DNA of 64,000 nucleotides from the NCBI GenBank assembly GCA_964035545.1, contig OZ037772.1:10662818-10726817 (forward strand). The letters run 5' to 3'. A program made the translations under genes and the position numbers. The notes under the pieces were generated by a model, which was not told where the DNA came from, did no database searches, and worked only from the letters and a program-made list of their open reading frames with translations. Below are positions 1 to 13,000 of this stretch, in pieces. Origin of the DNA: Bugula neritina. Its lineage: Eukaryota > Animalia > Bryozoa. Positions within the stretch are counted from its first letter, which is position 1. Each line of letters begins with the position of its first letter.

Positions 1-46
1 AAACTTTCCCATCAGGGGCTCTTACAAGAATAGTGACTATAAACTT
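1..46 (+). mobile_element. tRNA-derived SINE, 3' end
   Basis: ccatcaggggctcttacaagaatagtgactataaact matches the tail of the full copies, e.g. 52468-52505. Confidence 0.7.
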
Positions 47-454
47 TCGTAAGTTTTTACACGCTGAAACTTTCTGAAAATAATTGTGTGCAGTGCTGAA
101 GTGATAGTTAAAATTCAAAAACACAATTTAACAAAGAAGTTCCTAAATTGTCAGTATTTCAGCAATTCCAGACTTTGTCATTTGGCACTTTACAAGCTCA
201 CTTTACCTTCTATAACATAGAAACAAGAAAAAATGTTAATATTGATACAAATACTAACATTTTTCTGATTAAACACTAGTTTAGTATTATAACTTCAGCC
301 CTTTATGCCATACATTTGCAATGTTTTATGTATATATATAATTCCTGCTAAGTTTTTTGTATTCACAATAATATATGACATGAGCATCATAATCGCTAGG
401 TGGGTGAGTTTGAAATCAGATTTAATTGGATGGTAACCAACTCTGTCTTTTTAG

Positions 455-3400
455 AATCCAAGTATTTGATTGGCTGTTTCACAGAAAAGACCATTATGCA
501 AGAGAATGGGTTTCCATTCATGAAAATTTCAGGAAAAAATTTGGGCGATGCTTCCGCGAGCTGTAGGGGTTTCTGCAAAAGAAATCAAAGCAAGTATTCC
601 ATTCTCAAAAAAACTTCCAAGAACATGGTGAGCAGACAACTTCAACTTTTAATTACTCAGTTTTATTCATATGAGATTCAACTTTCTGATTATAGTTGCG
701 AACACTCTGATTAAGTGTTTGCATGAATTTATTCACTATAATACCATTGAAAAAATAATCACAAGTGTAACTAATAGTGTGACATCTTTTTAAACTACAA
801 ACTATACAACCTGTAAGCAATAATTGGGTGGATAAGTTATAAGAAAGAGTCAAAACCAAAAATGAAATGCGTTTTGTGCAGTTTCTAGCTAATGATTTAA
901 AAGGACAAAGCCTATATTTGCAAATGTTTCAGCACCCTGTGATGTGCATGTAATGCATATTTTGGACATTTAAATTGTTATGTATATAAATTTATATTAG
1001 CTACAATTTTATATTGAGTTGGTTGAAACAATTTATTTAATTAGTTATTCTTTTAATATTTTACAACCATTGTAAGATCATTCATACTACTTTATAACCA
1101 AGCATACTTCAATGAACATTTTAAATAAGTTTTCTTTAATTTTACTATCACAGCAGAGTTAGGGTAAGACAATTTCTTATTTGTTAAAGCTAGCTATACC
1201 TTGACTCCAACAGTCCCACTGACTTTACTACATACTTTCTTAATTGAAGTTCTTTTGATTATTCTGTTAAATTTGAAAAATTATAACCAGCACTTGTTTG
1301 AAAGTTTCTACATGTTTATTTGTTACAATAAACTTGGAATTAAAACTACAACAAAATACAATAAAATGTTATAGTTTGAAACTCATTCACTAAATTATCA
1401 ATCTGAATATTATAATGTTTTACAGCTCACCTGCCACTGTAGAAACAGCTTAGCTCTCTCTAGACCATCCAATAGCTGTCCAAATAATGGATTAATCATT
1501 CTATTTGCACAGGGAAAACCTATAATGCTAGAGGTATGTTATTAAAGTAAACTTCAATTGTTATTTGGAAAATGTATAAAGGTCAAATAAAACAACTTAA
1601 ACCATCGTTCAGTTTATGTTATTCTATAGTTATAATTGTGTGCAAATTGCACATGTATATGTGTTTAAATAAAGTATTATACTTTATGTAATTTGCTTTT
1701 TTTATAATGTGCTTTAAGCAAAATTGAAAACTGGAAAGTTATTTTTTCAGTTTGAAGGGGAAGTTAGAAAAACAGGCAAGGTTCTTGTCTTAGGAAGGTA
1801 CAGATCTGGATCTTCCACCACTCAGTCTCTCTTTGTTAAGAATCCCAACTCATTCACCCTGTTTGAACCTGGAAAGATGAAAACTTCGGATTTGGAAAGT
1901 GATTTAGCTTTAGTAAAGGTTTGGTAGCTCCAAACAAGTTTCAATGTAATTCTTTATAATACAATAATTTAATTCTATGATTTCTCTGATTTTCTTATGC
2001 ATGCATTTGATTTCATATTAAGAAACTTTCAGCTGTTCAAAGCTAGCTTTCTGATGCAGTATTGCTTTTATATTCAATCCAATATGTTATTGATGTGCAC
2101 ATGTCTTATTGAACTTGCTTAGAATAAAGAAGTAATGAAAGTTTGTAAAAATTTATGTCTCGGAAGCATATAGACATACAGACAAAACTGTGGCATTTTG
2201 CTTAATTATGAAAACCATCATTTATTTTGCATAATTTATTATTGATGATACAGTCATTGTTTTGTTCTAATTATTTAAACTAACTTAATTTTGAGTAGAA
2301 CTTTCGCAGTACAGGTAAGAGAGAGTTTTAGTCTTTGTTGACATTTAGCATTGTTGTAGCTATCTGCTTTTATAATATCTAACATACAATACTGCTTTGT
2401 GTGGTGATTAATTTTGTTGAAATTGCTGTTTAGTCTAGCGTGTTTCCTTGTTCCACATGTGACTAACAATTTCCTATTTCATTCAGTTGAAATGTATAAT
2501 AAATTTCTAATAGAAAATAATAAAACTTATATAATATGTCGATCAATCTTACTAAACTCTGAATACATAAGCCTACTTAGAATCAAATTATTAAAAAAAT
2601 TAAGCTAAGCTCTTTTTTAAAAAAGCCAAAATATAAAAGTGAATCTTTTAGTAATTTTTATTATATATTATACTGGAAAGTGTAACTTTAATTATATATA
2701 GTAAAGTTAAATATAGCAAGCGAGTGTAGCTAACTATTACAGCATAGGCCACTAAGGAACCCATCATTTATATAACTACAATACAATATCTGCTACTTTT
2801 AATACTTCTATAGGCATTGGAAGCTTTTTATCGGTGCGATGTAAGTAACCTGCCTCATTTTTTCTACTCTTCCAAGTTTATGAAGTTTAGCTATCACATG
2901 CTTGCCACTAGAGGGCAGGACCAGAATAACTATAGAGAAGTCCTGGACTGTTACCAAGGTATGTCAGTAGTATATCTAAGGACATGGTAACTTATACATG
3001 CGAAAATGAATATTCTAACTTAATTATAATATGCTGCAATCTAATGCCTACTTTCTCAGAGCAGCAGTGATCTATATAGAGCACTGGCTTAGTGAAAACT
3101 GAGGTCATGAGATTGAACCCCAAAAAAAGGCCAATAGTGACGTTAGGAAGAGCATCCAGTCATAATTGTGCCTGTGCCACATATAATGAACAAGTCCTGG
3201 GCCACTTTAAAAAATTCTTTCCATTAGGGGCTCCTTACAGGAATAGTGACTATAAACAGTCAGTCCTAGTTGTTTAAAACGTACTTCCATGCTTGGTAGA
3301 ACGCTAAATTCCACCAAATGGGCTTGTGGCAAATTATTATTATCAGAAACCACTATCACTTTCTGTGTAAATTGCATGAGCTATATAAATACTATTTAAC

Positions 3401-5849
3401 AGATCAACATAAAAGTAAGCATTTTTACAGCTACTAATTATAAAAGCTTGAGCACTAGTTAAATAAAACATTTAAACCTATTTTTTTAATTCAGTGTAGT
3501 CTAAGTATTTAGAAACTATCTCATATATAGCTCATTATGACTCTCGCGCTTTTCAATGTACTTTTCTGGTTGTCTGAAATTCTTTTTATAGATTTTTTAG
3601 CTTTTACTGCGCATGCTTCTAGTTGAACCTCCCATAGACTGTGCACCAGTCTGGCAAGAAGCTTGCGAGAGTTCTTCATTCCTCAACGTAAAAACAATTC
3701 GACTCTTCACAAGTTCTGTCATACAATGGTTTGCCAATAGAAACCAAGATGTTCATGTAGTGCACTTGGTAAGTGTTCTTATATAACTGTTCTGTGTAAG
3801 GTTATCATGAATTTGTTCATTAGACACATAACAGTTGAAATAGTTGAGTATTACAGGAAAAAAAGTATATACATTTTTCGTATAGTTTTTTTGCTGAATG
3901 CTTGTATATAGCAACAATGCTATGATACCATACCTATTGATTATATAAAAGCTTTGGTTTTACACGATCAAATGCTTTTGAATTACCTCCTTATCAGAGT
4001 GTGAGAAAATTATACAATATAAAAGTACTACAATATAAGGATAGACACAATGCATCACTATTTGAATACTTACCATTGTAATTGTCACATGTCTTTCTAA
4101 CTATTTTTTAATTTTAATAATGTAACAGAATAGTTTTATTAGAAACGAGATTGGATTTTAAATTATTTTCTTTGAAAATAAATTGGTAATTGATTATGCC
4201 CACATAATTATAGCTGTATACACCACTTGTAGTAATGCCCAAGTAATTAAAGCTTTATCCACCACTTGCAGATGAGAGACCCAAAGTCATTAATATTTGC
4301 ACAAAGAGTGTTTAGCACTAAGACTAACTATAAAGATCTTTGCAATCAGATGGTGTCTGTTGGTAGTATGATAGCCAGTATGAGACAGATAGGGTACAAA
4401 AACCTTCACGAAGTGTTCTATGAAGAACTAGCACTGAATTCCTCGTATTACGGTGCTCGAATGTACAGGTGAAAAAAAGAAATATATATAGATTGAGATA
4501 TATATATATATATATATATATATAGTGTGTGTGTGTGTGGTGTAAGTTTCTAGTACACTAAATCGTAATTGAATTGCTAGCCCGTAGAGATATATTTAAT
4601 TATTATATATATTGTGCACTAATGATGGAGCACATCTAGGTTGCAAAGGTCTGTGGAAAAACCTGCAGCTAAGCCTTGAATAGAACAAGACTGTTTCACC
4701 TTCTAGCAGCTAAGCAAGTGACCTAATTGTGAGAGGCTACAAGAGTCTAAACGATAATTATATACCATACTTCAAAGAGATGAATTTAGAAATGCCAAAA
4801 AGTGTAATGACGTTTCTGAATGAAAGAAACTACAGCAAGAAGACTATACCTCATGGCATCAAGGAAGTTGTTGTAGCTGATCCAACTTACCATATTTACA
4901 GGTTCGTATACATAACTATACATGTACATGCGAGATATCTAGTAGGCTATAGAATTTTATAAATAACTAACTCTAAGCTTATGTTAATTCATCAATGTTT
5001 TTCTAGTATTTTCTTTTTCGCTCAACACTGATGTTCCTGATTCTTCATATATGTCCTTTTTTTATCTCCCATGAATACATATCTAGCCTTCTCTTCCTCA
5101 CCAAAATGGTTACTGCTTTTAGCCTTGCTAAATCTCTGCTAGTTATGTACTATATAATATATAGTAGTATAGGTACTGGTACTATATAATATAATAGGTA
5201 GATGCATTATATAATACGTAATGTTATACTATGTATTATCTAATAGGCAGCAATTATAATATATAATATAATTTATTATAAAATAGCGAGTTACTATATA
5301 GTACATAATAGGCCTAAGTCATACTATATGTTAGCACCTAATATATTGTATTTTTATATTATTTTATGGCTTATTATTTTGCTACATTGTATAACTCTTT
5401 ATTATATTATACATAGTTTTATTACATTGCATAGAATATTACTTTATAAAGTACTTTATTAAAATGTATTATTTGTATTACAATATTTAGCATCCTATGA
5501 ATATTGTTGTATTTTATAAGACCTCATTTGACTTATTTTATATTTATTTCAAGTTACTTTTAAAATATATAAGTTACAAAACAAAGCTGCATAGCAAAAC
5601 CTGTTGAATATTAGAATTTGGAGTTGTGTTCTCATTTCCTGTGTTTACAGATTTCTAGAGCGAGTTCGAAATCCAGCAGTGTTATTGGAGATTGATCAGC
5701 AATGCCAGAACGTATACTCGCTGTGGCCTAAGCACTATCAAAACATCAGCACCATGTATAAGTATCACCAAGGAGAAATTAACAAATATATACCAAAGAG
5801 AAAAAAGCTGAAATTCTTTACTAAACTTAATTTGACTTTTACTGATTGA
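455..5849 (+). CDS. WSC-like domain + carbohydrate sulfotransferase (CHST/GlcNAc6ST-like), 3' part; 5' exons unresolved or upstream of the window
   Basis: Predicted exons 455-627, 1426-1533, 1751-1918, 2814-2958, 3623-3768, 4272-4468, ~4776-4901 (acceptor uncertain) and 5651-5849 (TGA). Motifs: LIGCF...CRGFC...CHC (WSC-like), VLVLGRYRSGSS...LFEP (5'-PSB), VKTIR, VVHLMRDP (3'-PB), FYEELA. Collinear exon for exon with the gene at 48113-53687. Confidence 0.85.
3059..3258 (+). mobile_element. tRNA-derived SINE copy
   Basis: Core ttaggaagagcatccagtcataattg and tail agtgactataaac. Confidence 0.8.
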
Positions 5850-6559
5850 ATGAAAATACTGATGACAATTAATTCAAACTTATATTTATTGAATTTTCCA
5901 GATCCAGTAACTTATCTGAGGCTTTTGCGATTAAGAGGTATATAATTAAAAAAAAGTTTGATGGCGGTCAAAAGTTCATTAGTGAATCAACTTATAAGCC
6001 ATTATTAATCCGAGAAGTGTGATGCTACAGAGTGGGACAGTCTATAAGGAGTACAGAAAAACAAGCAAGACAAACTCACACGTGCATTCATACTCGCGCA
6101 CTCATTCACATAACCACTCACACATGCACTCGCACGCACGTACACACTCACTCACGCACTCACACACACACACACTCGCTCACTGACTCAGACACATGCC
6201 TACTAATTATCAACTGAGTATCAGGGACATTGGAAAAAGATCTATTAAATCATTATCCTCGCTGACTACAGGGTCAGTGCTGATAAAATGACAAATCAGA
6301 AGGCAGCACTTTCACAACTTATGTCTCAATATTTTATTCACGAACTAATTATCAAAGTATCGTTTCATTTAAAACCATGAAATAGGAAAAAGCTTTACAA
6401 TATGATATATTTAACAGATAATGAACAGCAGTTTCCTCTGAAATACAATACCCTGCAATAGGTTATTATTTCGTTTGGGTGAAACAAAATTTATTTCCTG
6501 AATTTATAATGTCTAACAGAACTGTCACCACTGGAGATAACTTATCACAAGACGGTTGT

Positions 6560-6698
6560 ACATTGTGGGCGGAGATAGTTGATACTCCACCCACAGTGTA
6601 GGCGGAGGCAGTTGATGTTCCACCCACAGTGTAGGGGGAGATAGTTGATACTCTACCCACAGTGTAGGCGGAGACAGTTGATGCTCCACCCACAGTGT
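6560..6698. repeat. 36-bp minisatellite, ~4 copies, downstream of the NR5A stop
   Basis: Unit ~ggcggagatagttgatactccacccacagtgta. Confidence 0.85.
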
Positions 6699-7023
6699 GA
6701 TGGGTTAAGACTGACATTGTAAGCCTGGACTATGTTATAGAACTGCAGGTAAAAATCACAAAAAAAACTATCATGTGCGAGACATGAAATCTACCTGATC
6801 ATACAACAATATATATAAAAATAATACTATTTAAAATACAAATTTCTAATATACACAGTAAAATATAATATTTACAAGATGAATAGAAAAATAGTTTACC
6901 AAAAAACTAGATTGAGCGTAAATAATGTGTGTGAAAGACAGTGTTTAAGTCAAACTATTTGGCCAATCAAAGAAGAGTATACAAATGCTCAAGTAAGTTT
7001 GTATAAAAATATAACATTATTTT

Positions 7024-10000
7024 TTAACATATATGATAAGTAGGAAAACTTGAAAACCTGTTTAAATTTTACTGCTAAGTAATTCACAAAGTAGGGTGTC
7101 ACTGGCAATGTGTCCCGACTTGTTCCACGAGGACAGAAACTCATGGGCTAATACTGTTAGGAGCTTAGTCTCTGGAAGGAAGAGTAGTAACTCCCCAAAC
7201 CTTGTACAATCTAAAACAACAGGAACCCGAGCTAAACACAAGAGAAGTAGGCTAAGAGTTCAGCGGAGGTCCAGATACAACTGAGAATGTACTCACAGGC
7301 TACGTATTAGGTAACTATACACGGTATTTCTCCCAATACTCAACTAGGCTGGTTCACCATGTATTAATACATAGAGAACATAAATACATTAAAATACTCT
7401 AAACTAGATTCTTCTGTACAAACTACTCTGTGATGCAATATTTTGCTCTCTCTCTCCCTCCCTCCCTCTCTCTCTGTACAATGTACTTACATGATATAAG
7501 AATATAAAATGCTAAAGTAAGGTTCATTTGTCCTCCCCCACCCCCTCGCTGTAACACTCTCTCAGTTCTATGAGTGGTCTAAATTTTGGAAGTGATTTGT
7601 TTTGGTTAAGATATGTATATGAATCAGATATTAAAAAAATAAAAAAATTATTCATCTTTGGGCAGCAGAAAAGTGACAAAAAACCTGTGCCCCACATATA
7701 GCAAGGAGGGGGGGGTGTCAATTAGTTGATATCAACTGATTCTGTATTTCCAGAAGAAGGCTTTAGGGCAGAAACATAGCATTCAATAATGCTGATTACT
7801 TTGAATATATACAAGAAACTATCACTGTAACCAACGCCAATGGGAGGGAGTGTAAACCATGTACAGATATGCACAAGGATAGCTTACCTATAGCTTCAAA
7901 TGTCTCGTTGTGGAATGCATGATTTCTCAGCGACTGAAGTATGAGCCCCTGAGCTTCCCTGAGATAGGCACTGGCCTTGTCCGAGAGATTAGCTATGTCT
8001 ACAAAATGGCTACAGGAGTTATCTCCCTTGAGAATGAAAATATCCTTGTTTATTCTCTGAAATTTTGTCATATATATGTAGCAGATGGCTTAAAATGCGT
8101 TATCAATGATGAAAAAATCTGATACAACTAATTTTAATGCACATTTACTACTGACCTATGAGTACAGCTGACACCTCTCATGAATATCCTATGCTAGTTG
8201 ACACCTTATACAACTGACTGACACTAGCTAATACATGCCATTATTAAATGATGCCCGTTGACACATGCAAATATCTGACACATACCATATTTAACTATCT
8301 GACTCATACCACAATTATTAGGCATCGACTGACACATTTAATAGTTGTCTGACACCAGCTGACACATTTTTCAACTATCGGACATCAACTGACACATCTC
8401 ACAACTGCTTGACACAAATTGACATATCTCATAACTGTTTGACACCATGTGACACATTTTATAACTGTCTGATACACCAGGAGACAAATCTTATAACTGT
8501 TTGACACCATGTGACACATCTTATAACTGTCTGATACACCAGGAGACACATCTTATAACTGTTTGACACCACGTGACACATAAACTGACCTGGATTTAGA
8601 AGCAACAGGTATTGCAGACATGTTATCTCGTAACGGTTGACGTGGGCGCTCTCCAACCTCCGAGAGAGACAATCTATTTTACTGGACAAATCTTCTAGCC
8701 CGAGTTTCTCCAGCACTGCAGACAAACCTGTCGAGTGGCCAGATGCCGCTCCCTAAAACAATAATAGGTAAATGTGGCTAAACGAAATCAAGGCAAACAT
8801 CTAAAAAATCAGCACAATAAATTGGATTCAAGCAAGTACAATGTTCATGTTTTTCATGATCTTAATAACGAGTAATGTTTTGAACATTATTGCAAACTAG
8901 ACCTGAGCTATTGAAGTAAATATAAAACCAGTTTTTCTTTCAATGCACATATCAGGAGTTAGATAGACTGAGTGAAATGAACAAGATAGACTGAGTGAAA
9001 TGAACACATACAGGGTGTATAGAGGAGTGACCCAGAAGACTTACCGGAGAGGTGAAAGGCTCATCCATGTCTTTCTCTCTCTTCACAGTCTGAATAGAGT
9101 TGGCAGTTACAGTGAGGCACATCAAATCTATCCAATTGTTACGCAGCACCGTCATCTGATCTGATACCTACAGCACACAGTATGACACATGATAGTATAT
9201 CACACAGTATGACACATCAAATACGCTACAGCACAGAGTCTGAAACCTGATCATATATTACATAGTATGACACATCAAATAGGCTACATTATGGAGTCTG
9301 ACAGGTGATCAAGTATGACACATCAAGTAGGCTACATTATAGAGTATGTCACATAAACTAAATAAAGAATATGGAGTAGGGCATTTATCACACCGAAAAG
9401 AATTATACACATGTAATATCCTGCACTGTGACACACCCATACATAATATACCACAGTCTAATACATTGAATACACTATGAAGTGTGACATATAAACTACA
9501 TTATAGAGTATGGAATTTGTTATCTCGCACAGTATGACACATATGACACATCATGCAGTCTGACACATCATACTGTATGACACCTCTGACACATCTTACA
9601 GTATGACACCTCTGACACATCATACTGTATGACACCTCTGACACATCTTACAGTATGACACCTCTGACACATCATACTGTATGACACCTCTGACACATCT
9701 TACAGTATGACACCTTTGACACATCTTACAGTATGACACCTCTGACACATCTTACAATATGACACCTCTGACACATCATACTGTATATATTATACAGTAT
9801 GACACAGTACAAAGCTGCTCACACTCACATTAAGATGCTTAAAGAAAGGAACGTCTTTAGTGATGAGTACCAGCTTCACCAGGAGCTCATCCACTAGTGG
9901 TATAACCTCTACCTGCAGCTCAGCTGAATGAAGGAAGTGTAGGCGGTGCTTAAAGTTGTGTAGAATAGACTGCACCTAAATTATATCACAGCGAGATAAG

Positions 10001-13000
10001 GGCATGCGATATGGTGAAGTGGTGAGATAATATTATATCATACAAAGTTAAAGATACTATAATTATTTTGTGTGAACAAAATTTAATATTTTATTCCCTT
10101 ATATTTAAGTAGAAAAAATATTACAAACATGAATCTCATGTTACTGAAGCTAGGTCATGCTACCACCAAAGTTAAAAAAAGCAAGGTAAGAAAACTCTTA
10201 AACAAAGTCATCAACGTTAATGAATGTTCTTAATTAAACTTCAGTTCCTATAAAATTAAATTGAATTCATTTACCATAATCTTTAAGTATATTTCAACTT
10301 CCCCAAATTCACAAAATTAATAAACATGTACCATAGTGTTGTAACATTACGCTGTGAGTTGCGTTGTGATGTGACATTGTGACGTCGTGATGCTGTGACC
10401 TTACCCCAGAGTCCTGTAAGAGATCTATGTTGGCAGACTGCAGTCGCTGGAATATCTCAGACTCGTCTGCTGTATTTGGATGTAGCTTCAGCTCCCTCAC
10501 ACTGCGAGAATGATCAGGGTAGCCACCAGACAGCGCCCGCTCTTGGTTCAAGTCTAAATAAGAAACGCAGGCTAATTATAAGCAAAATTGAGAAACTACT
10601 GTCAGAAAATACAGAAAATTCAAGGGTGGCACGGAATGACAAAATCAGCAAACTTGAGATCTGCAGAAAGATTGGCTTCTAACCGTGACAACTAGATGTA
10701 GGCGACAAGCCTATTGGCTGAATAGATGTTGGCATTCGTCCATCAGTTGTCCTTGGCTGTTCAAAGCTGAGCCTCTGATTGGTCAATCCAGACGGGACGT
10801 GAGGTAGGTGGTGTGGAGGGTGGTATCGGTGTGGGAACATGGCGGGAGGGACGAGGTTGTGGTACGGCAGAGGCATGGTATGTACAGAAGAAGCAGGATG
10901 TACGGCCAACGGTTGAAACGGTGAGAGCATGCTAGGGGGACGGTCGACTGGCTCAGGCGGAGTTACCCTCTCAGACTTGAGTTGGTGTGCAGATATAATA
11001 CCAGAGTGTGACAGAACCTCTGGTGGAGTCACCCTGTCACAGCCTAGAGGAGTCACAATGTCACAGTGCGGTGATGTGACTCTGTCACAACTGCTAGTCG
11101 GCACCTCATTGGCTGAACAGATTCTGGTAGCAGCAGACGGCATACCGCGCAGACGATTGGATGGATTCTGTAACAGGCAGTATGATTGGTCGCTTACCAG
11201 CAACAGAGAACTAGCAGCTAATTTATACAAACTCAAAGTTTATGGAAAAATAGTGCGGACAGCATCATGTAAATCCAAAAATTAAACCAATGGCTGATTT
11301 GGTGACAAAACAAAATGGAAGCCACCGTTTCAAACTTGAAAGCAATTCACAACACTAGAGGCAAACCGCATCTCACACCATCAAGTTCTGGAAAACTGCG
11401 AGAAGGTCAAAAGAAGAAATAAACCAGTCATTTAGAGAAAACAGGAAACAAGATGGCGGCCATTGACCCACCTCGTCCAGACACGCCATCATCTGCATTC
11501 TCTGCTCACTGACTTGTCTTTTCATAGCTCTGTCCTGCTTGTAGAGAGCTCCGAACTTATTCCTTCCCCCTCTCACTCTGTCTTGTCTCACAGCTGTAAC
11601 GTGACAATACAAGATACTCTAGTTGCTAGCATGTCATTACAAAAGCATATCTATAAAACTCAGGCAATTTTATAGTCCCTGTGAGAAACCCCTGATGGAA
11701 AGAGCTTTTCATTAAACCGGGCTAAGGACTTATTCAGATGGGGCACAGGAGCAATTATGACTGGATTCTCTTCTTAACATCACCAACGGCCTTTACTGGG
11801 GTTCGAACCCATGACTTAGTGTTTACTAGACAAAAGCTCTAACCCCTAGGCCACGGCTGCTCCCTACCATAGCTAATCTATACTACTGAGTGTTTATAGT
11901 GTGCAGTGACCTAAACACGAACTACAAGCCTACAATCCTATTACCACAAGACACACTGACTTGGGTCATTAGGTGCAGTAGCAGAGAAATTATGAAATTT
12001 GGGCACTGGTTGAACCTATCCTGAGAATATAACTTCTTATGATACATTTCTAATCTAGAACAGAGGCTTTTTCAATTTCTCCAATACTGCACCTACCTCC
12101 ATGAATTGGTTGATTATTTAATAGGAGTTTCGGAAAGAAAGAGCAGAGAAATAGAATTTGAGGACTTCAATTTACACTGTAAAACTGCTATCAGAGAAAT
12201 CCTATACAAAATCTTAAGACTTTGCTTGATATTTTATACACCAATAAGTTACTTATAATATTTGATGATATAGAATACTACAATACTTACTATATGCTAC
12301 TTACTCTAGTATTGTTACTTACCTTCTATCTTCATGCCGACGGACATACATTTGCTGAACCTACAGGCAGGACAGCGTTTCCTGTTGGCCTTGTCCATCT
12401 CGCAACGATCGCTGTTGGAGCAGCAATACTGCTTCCTGTTTTGAACTGTTCGCTAAAAATATATATGTAATACTGTGGCAGATGTAATGTTGTGGCAGAC
12501 GTAATACCGTGGCAGACGTAATACCGTGGCAGATGTAATACTGTGGCAGATGTAATACTGTGGCAGATAAATTCGACTTAATAGTTACCCTTCACTAGTA
12601 ATAGAGGGAATATTTTTTTTTCCAAACACTGAATTTCAAAGGTTAAAATTAAGTTTAAGACAAAAATGCATCAAATAATGGGCAGGCAACTTATATTATA
12701 ATTATGTTTATTCTCAGAATCAATAACCTTGGCTTTTACTTTTCCATGTTGGTAATACAAACAAGTCTATATTTCAACTCTTACTTAAAATGTTAACTGC
12801 AGACTAACTTTTCCGATATATATTGCCTTTGTAATAACATAAAGGAAAGGCAACTCTAGGTTTTGTAGTATTAGAAGAGCGATTTAACTGGGAAAGACAA
12901 CTGCAGCTAAACGTAACCTACTTGCTAAGAACACAATGCATTGACTCACAACTCCAAACTTCAATGGACAGCAGCTGAAACTGTGCAATAAATTTTTACA

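Noticed and set aside
380-454. Possible extra exon or 4-nt microexon (tag|GTGG|gtgagt) upstream of exon 455
   Set aside because: Upstream frames contain stops and there is no paralogue support; it cannot be resolved without transcripts.
6466-6745. Minus-strand ORF or extra terminal exon of NR5A with repeated TVGG motifs
   Set aside because: Derived from a 36-bp minisatellite; NR5A already ends at TAA 7024, and splicing to the acceptor at 6743 would stop after four codons.
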